From Pontiella sp. (GTDB lineage: Bacteria; Verrucomicrobiota; Kiritimatiellia; Kiritimatiellales; Pontiellaceae): a DNA stretch of 64,000 nt. The stretch covers positions 135,031-199,030 of the forward strand of contig JBNKHE010000009.1 in the NCBI GenBank assembly GCA_050290185.1, in the 5' to 3' direction. The translations under genes were made by a program, and so were the position numbers. Below the pieces are notes generated by a model. It had not been told where the DNA came from and ran no database searches. It saw only the letters and a program-made list of their open reading frames with translations. Below are positions 38,066 to 46,940 of this stretch, one piece after another. The first letter of the stretch is position 1. Each line of letters begins with the position of its first letter.

Positions 38066-41000
38066 AACAGACATCCGAAAGCGCATTTGAGACCGTCATC
38101 GAAGAAGTCATGCTGTCGAATGGTTACGTTGGTCACATCTCTAAGGATTTTGATGCGGAGTTGGCGATTTTTCCAGAGATTGCATTAAACTTTATCCGCG
38201 ATACCCAGCCGAAGGTTTGGGGAAAACTGGAGGCTCTCCACCAGGAAAAGACCGGGGAACGGGTGATTTCCGCTCTCTGCAAGTGGATGGATACTCATGG
38301 CGTCCTGAATACGCTGCGCCACGGATTCAAATGCTACGGAAAAACCCTGCGAATCGCTTTTTTCAAGCCTGCCCACGGTCTGAATCCCGAGCTGGAAGCT
38401 CGCTATGCTGGAAATATTCTAGGCATCACGCGCCAACTTCATTTCAGCACGAAGCGACCCAATGACAGTCTTGACGTGACCTTGAGCGTGAACGGCGTTC
38501 CGATTGTCACGATGGAGCTGAAGAATCCGCTGAGCGGACAGGCGGCCGCCAATGCGATCCGTCAGTATCGCCATGATCGTGACCACCGGGAAAAGATTTT
38601 CGATTTTAAGAAACGTACGCTGGTTCATTTTGCGGTCGATACCGAGGAAGTCCACATGACTACGCGGCTGGCCGGTGGCGCAACCCATTTCCTGCCGTTT
38701 AACCGTGGTCGCGATGGCGGTGCAGGCAATCCTCCTGATTCTGAGGGGCGGAACTATCGAACCGCGTATCTGTGGGAAGAGGTATTGGAGCGAAACAGCT
38801 TCATGGATCTTTTGGCGCGGTTTCTTCACCTTCAAATCGAGGAGAAGCGGACCGAAGATGGGAAGAAGGTGAAGAAGGAGACCATAATCTTCCCTCGCTA
38901 CCATCAATTACAGGCGGTACGGGAAATGGTAGCCGCGGCAGCCACGGAAGGCACGGGGCACAATTATCTAGTGGAGCACTCGGCCGGCAGCGGCAAGAGC
39001 AATACGATTGGCTGGCTCGCCCATCGGCTTTCCAGTCTGCACAACGAAGCGGACGAACGGGTGTTTGACAGCGTGATTGTTGTGACCGACCGCATTGTCC
39101 TCGACCAACAGCTTCAGAATACAATCTACCAGTTCGATCACCGTCAGGGGGTGGTGGAGAAAATAGATGAAGACTCCCGCCAGCTAGCGGAGGCATTGGA
39201 GAATGCAGTACCGATCATCATTACTACGCTCCAGAAGTTTCCATTCGTATCTCAGCAACTCCTGAAGATGGCAGAGGAACGGGGCGAGGAACGTAGTCAC
39301 CTGCCCACCCGGAAATGTGCGGTGATCATCGATGAAGCCCACAGTTCACAATCCGGAGAGACGGCGACCGATCTAAAGGAAGTCCTAGGGGGCGAAGCGC
39401 TGCGGGAGAAGGCAAAGGTACTGGCTGCCGAAGAGGGTGAATCAAATCTAGAAAAAATGTTTCGCAGCATGGCCAAGCGGGGAAAACAGCCGAATTTGAG
39501 CTTCTTTGCCTTCACCGCTACGCCTAAGCACAAAACCCTGAAGGTGTTTGGCCGAAGGGGAGCCGCCTTCAGTAAATACACGATGCGGCAGGCAATTGAA
39601 GAGGGCTTCATCGAGGACGTACTGAAAAACTATGTTACCTACAAGACCTACTACAAGCTACTGAAGGCCTGCAAAGACGACCCGAACGTGGAGCGCAAGA
39701 AAGCCGCCCGTGCCCTGAGCCGTTACATGCGCCTGCATCCGCACAATATTTCGCAGAAAACGGCAGTTATGGTGGAGCATTTCCAGAGCTTCAGTCAGCA
39801 CAAGATCGGCGGCCGTGCGAAGGCAATGGTCGTTACGGGATCGCGATTGGAAGCGGTCCGTTATAAACAATCCTTCGATGCCTACATAGCGAAGAAACGA
39901 TATGAAATCAAAAGCTTGGTCGCGTTCTCCGGCACCGTTATAGACGACAAGGTTCCTAGCAAGACCTACACTGAGCCGGAAATGAACGGTGGAATACGGG
40001 AGAAGGATCTGCCGGAGGAATTCGGAACCAATGAATATCAAGTGTTGTTGGTCGCTGAGAAATACCAAACCGGCTTCGATCAGCCTCTCCTTCATACGAT
40101 GTATGTAGACAAACGGTTGGCGGGTATTCAGGCCGTTCAGACGCTTTCTCGATTGAATAGAACCCACCCCTTGAAAGAGGACACCTTTGTTCTCGATTTC
40201 GTCAACGATCCGGAAGAGATCCAGGCTGCGTTCAAAGTCTATTATGATGGTGCCTCGATGGGCGAGGAAGTAGAGCCCGAACGCCTTTATGAGATTAAAG
40301 CGGAACTCGACGAATCAGGTATTTACCGGAATGACGAAATTGCGGAGTTCTGCCGCGTATTTTTCGCGCCACGTAAACGGCAGAGCTCCAGCGATCACAA
40401 GGCAATGAATGCGGTCTTGGACAAGGCTTCGAATCGCTTCATGGAACTTCAGGAATCCAACGAAGAAGAAGCTGAATTGTGGCGTGGAAAACTTCACGCC
40501 TTTAGAAATCTGTATGCGTTTTTGAGCCAGGTGATTCCATATCAGGACAGTGACCTTGAAAAGCTGTATGCATACCTGAAACATCTCGCGCTGAAGCTTC
40601 CGAAGCGAAAATCGGGGCCGGGTTATCAGTTCGACGATGAAGTCCAGCTTGAGTATTACCGGTTGCAGAAGATAAGCGAGGGTTCGATTAGTTTGAGTGA
40701 GGGGGTAGGGAAACCGCTGGATGGCCCAAAGGAAGTCGGTAGCGGATTGGTGAGGGAAGAGAACGTCCCATTGTCTCGTCTGATTGATCTTATCAACGAA
40801 CGCTTTGGAGAAAACCTGACTGAAGCCGACCAGCTGTTTTTTGATCAGATCACGGAAGCCGCAACACAAGTTGAGGCCATCCGACAGGCTGCAGAGAATA
40901 ATCCAATCGGGAAGTTTCAGTTAGTTTTTGGCGAAATTCTAGAGTCCCTATTTATCGAACGAATGGATCTCAACGAAGATCTTTTCGCCAAATACATGAA

Positions 41001-41085
41001 CGACCCTGAATTCAAAGAGGTCGCCGCCGAGTGGCTTGGTCAGCAAGTCTACTCGAAAATTCCAAAAACAGCCTCTTACCGGTAA
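38062..41085 (+). CDS. hsdR: Type I R-M restriction subunit
   Basis: D..L.VNGVP...ELK nuclease motif, HSAGSGKS, DEAHSSQ, FTATP, TGFDQP, QTLSRLNR. Confidence 0.96.
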   Translation: MKQTSESAFETVIEEVMLSNGYVGHISKDFDAELAIFPEIALNFIRDTQPKVWGKLEALHQEKTGERVISALCKWMDTHGVLNTLRHGFKCYGKTLRIAFFKPAHGLNPELEARYAGNILGITRQLHFSTKRPNDSLDVTLSVNGVPIVTMELKNPLSGQAAANAIRQYRHDRDHREKIFDFKKRTLVHFAVDTEEVHMTTRLAGGATHFLPFNRGRDGGAGNPPDSEGRNYRTAYLWEEVLERNSFMDLLARFLHLQIEEKRTEDGKKVKKETIIFPRYHQLQAVREMVAAAATEGTGHNYLVEHSAGSGKSNTIGWLAHRLSSLHNEADERVFDSVIVVTDRIVLDQQLQNTIYQFDHRQGVVEKIDEDSRQLAEALENAVPIIITTLQKFPFVSQQLLKMAEERGEERSHLPTRKCAVIIDEAHSSQSGETATDLKEVLGGEALREKAKVLAAEEGESNLEKMFRSMAKRGKQPNLSFFAFTATPKHKTLKVFGRRGAAFSKYTMRQAIEEGFIEDVLKNYVTYKTYYKLLKACKDDPNVERKKAARALSRYMRLHPHNISQKTAVMVEHFQSFSQHKIGGRAKAMVVTGSRLEAVRYKQSFDAYIAKKRYEIKSLVAFSGTVIDDKVPSKTYTEPEMNGGIREKDLPEEFGTNEYQVLLVAEKYQTGFDQPLLHTMYVDKRLAGIQAVQTLSRLNRTHPLKEDTFVLDFVNDPEEIQAAFKVYYDGASMGEEVEPERLYEIKAELDESGIYRNDEIAEFCRVFFAPRKRQSSSDHKAMNAVLDKASNRFMELQESNEEEAELWRGKLHAFRNLYAFLSQVIPYQDSDLEKLYAYLKHLALKLPKRKSGPGYQFDDEVQLEYYRLQKISEGSISLSEGVGKPLDGPKEVGSGLVREENVPLSRLIDLINERFGENLTEADQLFFDQITEAATQVEAIRQAAENNPIGKFQLVFGEILESLFIERMDLNEDLFAKYMNDPEFKEVAAEWLGQQVYSKIPKTASYR

Positions 41086-41096
41086 GTAGGTATTGC

Positions 41097-41543
41097 ATGA
41101 AAACAAAGCTTACATTTAAACCGATTTGCCCGGATTCAGGATTAGAAGAGTGGTGCGAGATTCATGCTTTGGTTAATTGGTCGATGTTAGAACCTTACTG
41201 GCTAAAAGAAACTGACATTGGTCAGCCAGATAGAGCTATGCTCACCGGGTATTTGCGCCGCTGGTTTCGTGATAGTGGCTTCGTCCCTCCTAACATTTAT
41301 TGGAATAGATGCGGGGAATGCATCAGTTTTAATAATGGCAGGCATCGATTGGCATTGATAACGAAGCATCAGTCTGAGATGCCAGTGGTTTTAAGTGGCC
41401 AATCAATTCTACAACCCGAGATTCACCGAGCTGTTATTCGGATTTTGGAACCTGGCGATGAAGTCGAACTGCCGGATTTGGATTTTGTAGAGAGGAAGGG
41501 AATTATCCCGGTTAACAATGGGAAAATAAGGACAAAGCTGTAG
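41097..41543 (+). CDS. Hypothetical protein with ParB/sulfiredoxin-like motif
   Basis: ATG 12 nt after the hsdR stop; PPNIYW...ISFNNGRHRL...MPV resembles the ParB-N/Srx xxGxHR motif. Confidence 0.5.
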   Translation: MKTKLTFKPICPDSGLEEWCEIHALVNWSMLEPYWLKETDIGQPDRAMLTGYLRRWFRDSGFVPPNIYWNRCGECISFNNGRHRLALITKHQSEMPVVLSGQSILQPEIHRAVIRILEPGDEVELPDLDFVERKGIIPVNNGKIRTKL

Positions 41544-41620
41544 ATGACATACCTCCTGCTATCCTACGGCGATAGGAGATATTTCATTTCTCAGGCTCTG
41601 ATGGGATAAAAATCAAATAT

Positions 41621-42982
41621 GTGAGGAAGATTATGGAAATTGCGATACCCGGCGAAGCAAGAGAAAAGATAATTTCCATCTGGGATGGTTATATAGCGAG
41701 CAACCAAACTGTACTTGATACGAAGGGTAAGGAGATAAACAACATAGACTCCCTGCGACTTGAAGCTATCGGTGAAATCATGGAGATGATCGATGATTTT
41801 CAAAGCGGAACGATCAATATTCACGAATTCAAGTCTGCGCTGGATGGCTATAACAAACGCAATAATCTATGGGGATTCACAGCAACAAAGGGTCAGATGT
41901 TTTTCAATCAGTTGGTGAAAAACGAGGATGATTTAGAAGGTCTGACTGCGTTGCTTCAGGAATCAATTAAGGAACCAAATGATTTAAATGGTGCTCTGGC
42001 AACAATCAAGGCACTTGAGGTCCATGTATCAAAGGCATACAAGAAAGCTACTGACAAAAGGAAGGTCGCTAAACCCAGTTCTGTTAGCTACTTTCTGTCA
42101 TACTTTTGGCAGATACATGATCCGAAAAAATGGCCCATTTATTATACATCGCTGATTGAGGCTTTCACTGATTTAGGACTCTGGGCTGAATATGACTCGC
42201 AAAGCGAGTGCTACGAATATTTCTACCAATTGAATGAAGCAATTAAGCAGTTGTTAGCAACTCACGCGGGGAAGACTATATCCAACTGGGAGGCAGAACA
42301 TGCGTTCTGGCTCTACAAAGGCAATCCAAATAAATCATCCACTACCTCGAAAAAAACAACAGTTCCCCAAGGTTCAATATCTACTGAAGGAGGTTCAGCA
42401 TCTTCGTTATGTGCATCTTTTGATTTGGCAGATTACCTAATCCCTAAAGTTGCGAACTTAGTTGAGTTGGGCGCTGATAATGAAAAGTCCGCAGCGGCCA
42501 AAGGGCACGAATTTGAGAAAAAAGTGTCCGAAGTCTTCAGACTGCTGGATTTTGATGTGGAAACACTGGGGCAGGGTTCTGGCCGCAATCCTGATGCCAT
42601 AGTTAAGTGCCGCGAACAGAATACGGCATTCATCATAGATGCAAAGGCTTACAGTAAAGGCTATGCACTGGGTTTAGATGATCGTGCCATTAAGGAGTAC
42701 ATTAATCACCATTGCCCTAAGTTGGCAAAAAATGGGTATAAGAAGATTGGATTCATCATTGTCAGCAACTCCTTTAAGTCTAACTTTGATGGATTTATCA
42801 ATGAGATTACATGGAGCACGGATATCAGACGTTTCATTCTGCTGACTACGAAGGCTCTCTTGTATTTATTGGCCTACAAAACCAAGGACAATCTAACGAC
42901 GGATGTAATTATTGATAAGCTGGTTGGCTGTGGAAATTTGGTCGATGCAAACAGCATTATTCAAGAATTTGATGACGTTTAG
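41621..42982 (+). CDS. Orphan restriction-like endonuclease with C-terminal FokI-type PD-(D/E)xK cleavage domain
   Basis: FEKKVSEVF...LGQGSGRNPDA...IIDAKAYSKGY...FIIVSNSFKSNF parallels FokI FEMKV...LGGSRKPDG...IVDTKAYSGGY...FVSGHFKGNY; AT-rich. Start GTG 41621 or ATG 41633. Confidence 0.75.
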   Translation: MRKIMEIAIPGEAREKIISIWDGYIASNQTVLDTKGKEINNIDSLRLEAIGEIMEMIDDFQSGTINIHEFKSALDGYNKRNNLWGFTATKGQMFFNQLVKNEDDLEGLTALLQESIKEPNDLNGALATIKALEVHVSKAYKKATDKRKVAKPSSVSYFLSYFWQIHDPKKWPIYYTSLIEAFTDLGLWAEYDSQSECYEYFYQLNEAIKQLLATHAGKTISNWEAEHAFWLYKGNPNKSSTTSKKTTVPQGSISTEGGSASSLCASFDLADYLIPKVANLVELGADNEKSAAAKGHEFEKKVSEVFRLLDFDVETLGQGSGRNPDAIVKCREQNTAFIIDAKAYSKGYALGLDDRAIKEYINHHCPKLAKNGYKKIGFIIVSNSFKSNFDGFINEITWSTDIRRFILLTTKALLYLLAYKTKDNLTTDVIIDKLVGCGNLVDANSIIQEFDDV

Positions 42983-43026
42983 ATGATCTTGGATGGGGTT
43001 GTCGGTTCTATAAAAGCAGCGGGGGC

Positions 43027-43093
43027 GGGGTCACCCGTACATTGTAACATTTTTCCTTTCTGCGGGTCCGGGGCTTGCCCGTACATTGCCACT
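43027..43093 (+). repeat. Short direct repeat pair at the right edge of the defence island
   Basis: GGGGTCA-CCCGTACATTG-TAAC and GGGGCTTG-CCCGTACATTG-CCAC. Confidence 0.55.
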
Positions 43094-43203
43094 TCAGTGC
43101 ACCACCGTCGCGGTGTGTAGCACGCATATAGCCCGGTTGTAATATCCATCCTCTTCTCCGATTCTCAGGCAATGGGGGCTAGAAACGCAGCCTGATTTTC
43201 CCA

Positions 43204-43235
43204 TTCATGTTCCATTCATTTTCCTTTGGTAATGT
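43204..43235 (+). promoter_or_regulatory. Variant direct-repeat box plus extended -10 element
   Basis: TTCA-TGTTCCA-TTCA...TGGTAATGT; spacer is one nt shorter than in the other boxes. Confidence 0.45.
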
Positions 43236-43269
43236 TGCCGGCGTCTAGAACGAAGGAGAATACAGAGCC

Positions 43270-46200
43270 ATGAAAATTGCAGACCTAACTTCCGGGTTGG
43301 AACTATTGATTAAACGTGTGGATATGAAATGGATCATGATCGCTTTGGCGGTTTTATGGGGTTCGGCCATGCCGGTCCGGGCGGCGGTGGTTTATGTGGA
43401 TGGCGATGCCGCCGGAGCGGATAACGGGACGTCGTGGAGCGATGCCTTCAACGGTCTGCAGGATGCGCTGGCATCGGCCGCCGGCAACGATGAGATTTGG
43501 ATTGCCGAAGGGACGTATACCAATGCGGCCACCTATGCCCTGGCGAACGATGCCATTACCATTCTCGGTGGATTCACCAATGGCATGGTGTCCGCGGAGG
43601 AGCGCGATTCCAACCTGTATCCGGTTATTCTGGATGGCCTTGGCGAACAGCACCGTATTCTGGAGCTAAACGGGGCCGATGTGGAGCTGGACGGCGTCAT
43701 CATCACCAATGCGCAGACCACGGCGTCCATCGGGACGGCCGGACTGAAAATCGCGGGGGCGACGAATGTGGTGTTACGCAATGTGTCCGTGGGGGGATGC
43801 TGGTCGCACAATCAGAATACAACGATCGATGGATTTGCTGTTTGTATTTCCGGCACGGGTACCGGCCGGGTTGATGTGGTGGATTGCCGTTTTGTGGATA
43901 ATCAAACCGGCCTTTACAACGGGGCGAATGGAATTGGTCTGAACGTGGGTTCATTCAGTCAATTAACGGTTTCGGGCTGCCTGTTCGAAAACAACATCAA
44001 GGGGCCCTCGTATAATGCCGTGTACGGGGGCGGATTGTATCTGTCGGACATCGGACAGGCGGTGGTCTCCAATTCTGTTTTCAGCGGAAACGGCGGCGAT
44101 CCCTACCAGGGGCGGGGCTGTGGCGGCGGGCTGTATGTCGGCGCCAATGCAAGCGCCGTGGTTTCCGACTGCGTATTCGACGCAAACTATCTGGTTAAGG
44201 GCAACGGCGGTTATGGCGGAGGGGCCATAGCGATGGAGAGCAGCAGCTCGGTCGTTTCGGTTGAGCGTTGTGTGTTCGAAAACAACGAAATAACGAGTGC
44301 GGGCTACGGCGGTGCCATCTATATCGAAGCAGGCGTCGCGGATTTCGTGAACTGCCTGATGGCGAGCAACAGCGCCGACTATGGCGGCGCGGCCTACCTG
44401 GCATCGGGAAGTGCGCTGCACAACTGCACGGTCGCCGACAACAACGCCGGGCTGTCCGGCGGCGGCGTTTACTGCAAGGGTGCTGCCATCACCAACTCGA
44501 TTGTCTATGGGAATACCCTCACCAACGCCACGCCCGACAATGTGTATGACAATGGCGGATCCTATGCCTACACCTGCTCGAGCCCGTTGCTTTCCGGCGC
44601 AGGAAACATTGATTCCGATCCCTTGCTGTCCGACTACCTGTTGTCCAGCAACTCGCCGTGCCTAAACCGGGGACTGAACGAGGACTGGATGAACGGTGCC
44701 GTGGATCTGGCCGGCAGCAACCGGATCAGTGCATTGACTGTGGACATGGGGGCGTATGAATACGATCTCGTGCTCGACCTGCGGATCACCAATCCCGTGA
44801 ACGGCCTGGTGGTCGCCGCCCCGGCCTCCATCGCGGTTTCCGGCACCGGCACAAATCTCGCCGGCGATTTGGCCTGGACGAATGCGTTGACCGGCGAGAG
44901 TGGCACGACCACGGCAGGAACGAGCTGGTTCATTCCTTCCGTCTCCATCCTTGCAGGGGAAAACCTGATCTCGGTCTCCGGCACCAACGCGGAGAATGTG
45001 CCGATATACGACACGGTTTCCGTGACGGGCCTGTTCGCGGGCGACCTGTCGATCACAGCGGGCGATGTTACGACCACCAACCTCAACCGTTTTACGATCC
45101 AGGGCTCCAGTTCGAACCTACTGGGCAACATCGTCTGGAGCAATGCGCTGACGGGAACATCCGGCACCATCCCGGCGTCCACCGACTGGCAGTTTGTGTG
45201 TGATCTGGCGGAAGGGGCCAATGTGCTTACGGTTTCCGGCACCAACTCCAGCGGCACCATCGCCGACATGGTGACCGTGACTTCCGTGATTACGCCGGTG
45301 ATCCATGTGGATGCGGATGCCGCTGGAGGCAACGGCACCAGCTGGGCGGATGCTTTTGTGGATCTGCGCGATGCACTGGCTATTGCCACGACGCAGCAGA
45401 TCTGGGTGGCGGAAGGGCTGTATGTGCCGGATCAGGCGCGCGGTGGTCGTGTGACGGTGACGGACAACGATCCCAACGAAGTCTTCACCCTGCCCGATGG
45501 GGTGACGTTATATGGCGGATTCCAGGGTCTGGCATCCGAAACCAACCGGTTCCAGCGGAATCCGCGTGTCTATGCAACGGTCCTGAGCGGCGACATCGAC
45601 GGGAACGACATTAACAATGATGCCAACAACATGGCTGAGACTCCGGACGATGTGGTCGAAACAAATGCATACACGGTGGTGACGCTGGCCGACGGCGGCA
45701 GTGCCACGTTGGAGGGGTTTGTCATCACGGCGGGCAACGCGCCGAATGCGTTCGCCGGGGCCAGCGGGGCCGGCGGCGGGTTCTACTCCAAGAATGCCGG
45801 AACCATTTCGATGGGAGATTGCAGGTTCCTCGGCAATGCCGCCCATGACGGAGGTGGAGCAATTTATGCAAACAACACTTCGCTGTTCCTGTACTCCTGC
45901 AGTATTCAGGGCAATCGTTCGGATAGCTCTGGCGGCGGGCTATCGGTCGATAATGGGCAAGCCCAGCTTGTGAGCACGCTGGTTTCCGGAAATGCCGCGG
46001 CTACCGGGAGCGGCATCCGGTGTCTTTACTCGGATGTGCTCCTCGCTAATTGCACGATAGTCGGGAATGCATCAGCGTCTCAGGGCGGCGGACTTCGGGC
46101 GGACCGTTCGAGTATTTACATGTACAATTCGATTGTCTGGAACAACAGTGATTCCAGTGGCTCCAACAGCGCTTCCTCCACCATCTTTTTTGGAGGTGTC

Positions 46201-46869
46201 GCGGATGCTGGTTGGGAAGACTGCCTGGTGGCGAATTCCGGGGGCAGCACAAACTGGAATACGGCCCTGGGAGATGATGGCGGTGACAATCTCGATGCGG
46301 ACCCCCAATTCAAGAACGGCCTAGATCCTTCGCTTGCACCAACCGCAAGAGGCGACTATTCACTTCAGTTGACTTCCCCGGCGATCAATCAAGGCAATGA
46401 CCTTTTCGCGTTGGATGACTACGATCTGGCGGGCAACGATCGCATATACGAAGACCCGCTCTTGCAATTCGACTATATCGATATGGGCGCCTACGAAACC
46501 ATCGACGACGGAGCCGATACCGACGGCGACCACCTGACCGATTATACAGAGGTCGTGGATTATGGTTCCAATCCCGATCTGGCCGATACCGACGGCGACG
46601 GCTCTACCGACGGCGACGAAGCATTTATCGGAAGCGATCTGCTGTCCGCCGATTCCGTCTTCAAGTCCACCATTCAGAACATGGGCTCCGGCAACGTGCA
46701 AATCAGCTGGCCGCAGTTTAATTCCGGTCTTCGCTACACGCTGGTAGGATGCACTAACCTCGTGGAAGGGAATTGGTTCTATGTCGATTCCACCACATCG
46801 AGCAACCTGACCGATACTATTGACAGCGACAGTGTCTTTTACCGGATCAACGTGACCGAAAACAACTAG
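43270..46869 (+). CDS. Secreted protein with two right-handed beta-helix domains, Ig-like spacers and C-terminal module
   Basis: AAGGAG SD; GTSWSDAFNGLQDAL and GTSWADAFVDLRDAL caps; GG(A/G)xY repeats; two DLAG.RI...DMGAYE motifs; FYRINV end. Alternative start 43324. Confidence 0.88.
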   Translation: MKIADLTSGLELLIKRVDMKWIMIALAVLWGSAMPVRAAVVYVDGDAAGADNGTSWSDAFNGLQDALASAAGNDEIWIAEGTYTNAATYALANDAITILGGFTNGMVSAEERDSNLYPVILDGLGEQHRILELNGADVELDGVIITNAQTTASIGTAGLKIAGATNVVLRNVSVGGCWSHNQNTTIDGFAVCISGTGTGRVDVVDCRFVDNQTGLYNGANGIGLNVGSFSQLTVSGCLFENNIKGPSYNAVYGGGLYLSDIGQAVVSNSVFSGNGGDPYQGRGCGGGLYVGANASAVVSDCVFDANYLVKGNGGYGGGAIAMESSSSVVSVERCVFENNEITSAGYGGAIYIEAGVADFVNCLMASNSADYGGAAYLASGSALHNCTVADNNAGLSGGGVYCKGAAITNSIVYGNTLTNATPDNVYDNGGSYAYTCSSPLLSGAGNIDSDPLLSDYLLSSNSPCLNRGLNEDWMNGAVDLAGSNRISALTVDMGAYEYDLVLDLRITNPVNGLVVAAPASIAVSGTGTNLAGDLAWTNALTGESGTTTAGTSWFIPSVSILAGENLISVSGTNAENVPIYDTVSVTGLFAGDLSITAGDVTTTNLNRFTIQGSSSNLLGNIVWSNALTGTSGTIPASTDWQFVCDLAEGANVLTVSGTNSSGTIADMVTVTSVITPVIHVDADAAGGNGTSWADAFVDLRDALAIATTQQIWVAEGLYVPDQARGGRVTVTDNDPNEVFTLPDGVTLYGGFQGLASETNRFQRNPRVYATVLSGDIDGNDINNDANNMAETPDDVVETNAYTVVTLADGGSATLEGFVITAGNAPNAFAGASGAGGGFYSKNAGTISMGDCRFLGNAAHDGGGAIYANNTSLFLYSCSIQGNRSDSSGGGLSVDNGQAQLVSTLVSGNAAATGSGIRCLYSDVLLANCTIVGNASASQGGGLRADRSSIYMYNSIVWNNSDSSGSNSASSTIFFGGVADAGWEDCLVANSGGSTNWNTALGDDGGDNLDADPQFKNGLDPSLAPTARGDYSLQLTSPAINQGNDLFALDDYDLAGNDRIYEDPLLQFDYIDMGAYETIDDGADTDGDHLTDYTEVVDYGSNPDLADTDGDGSTDGDEAFIGSDLLSADSVFKSTIQNMGSGNVQISWPQFNSGLRYTLVGCTNLVEGNWFYVDSTTSSNLTDTIDSDSVFYRINVTENN

Positions 46870-46940
46870 GATGGTTGTTGCCGCGATCTATGATTCGATC
46901 TGAACACAAAAATAAATTCGAATAGAATGGAGTTATTTTT

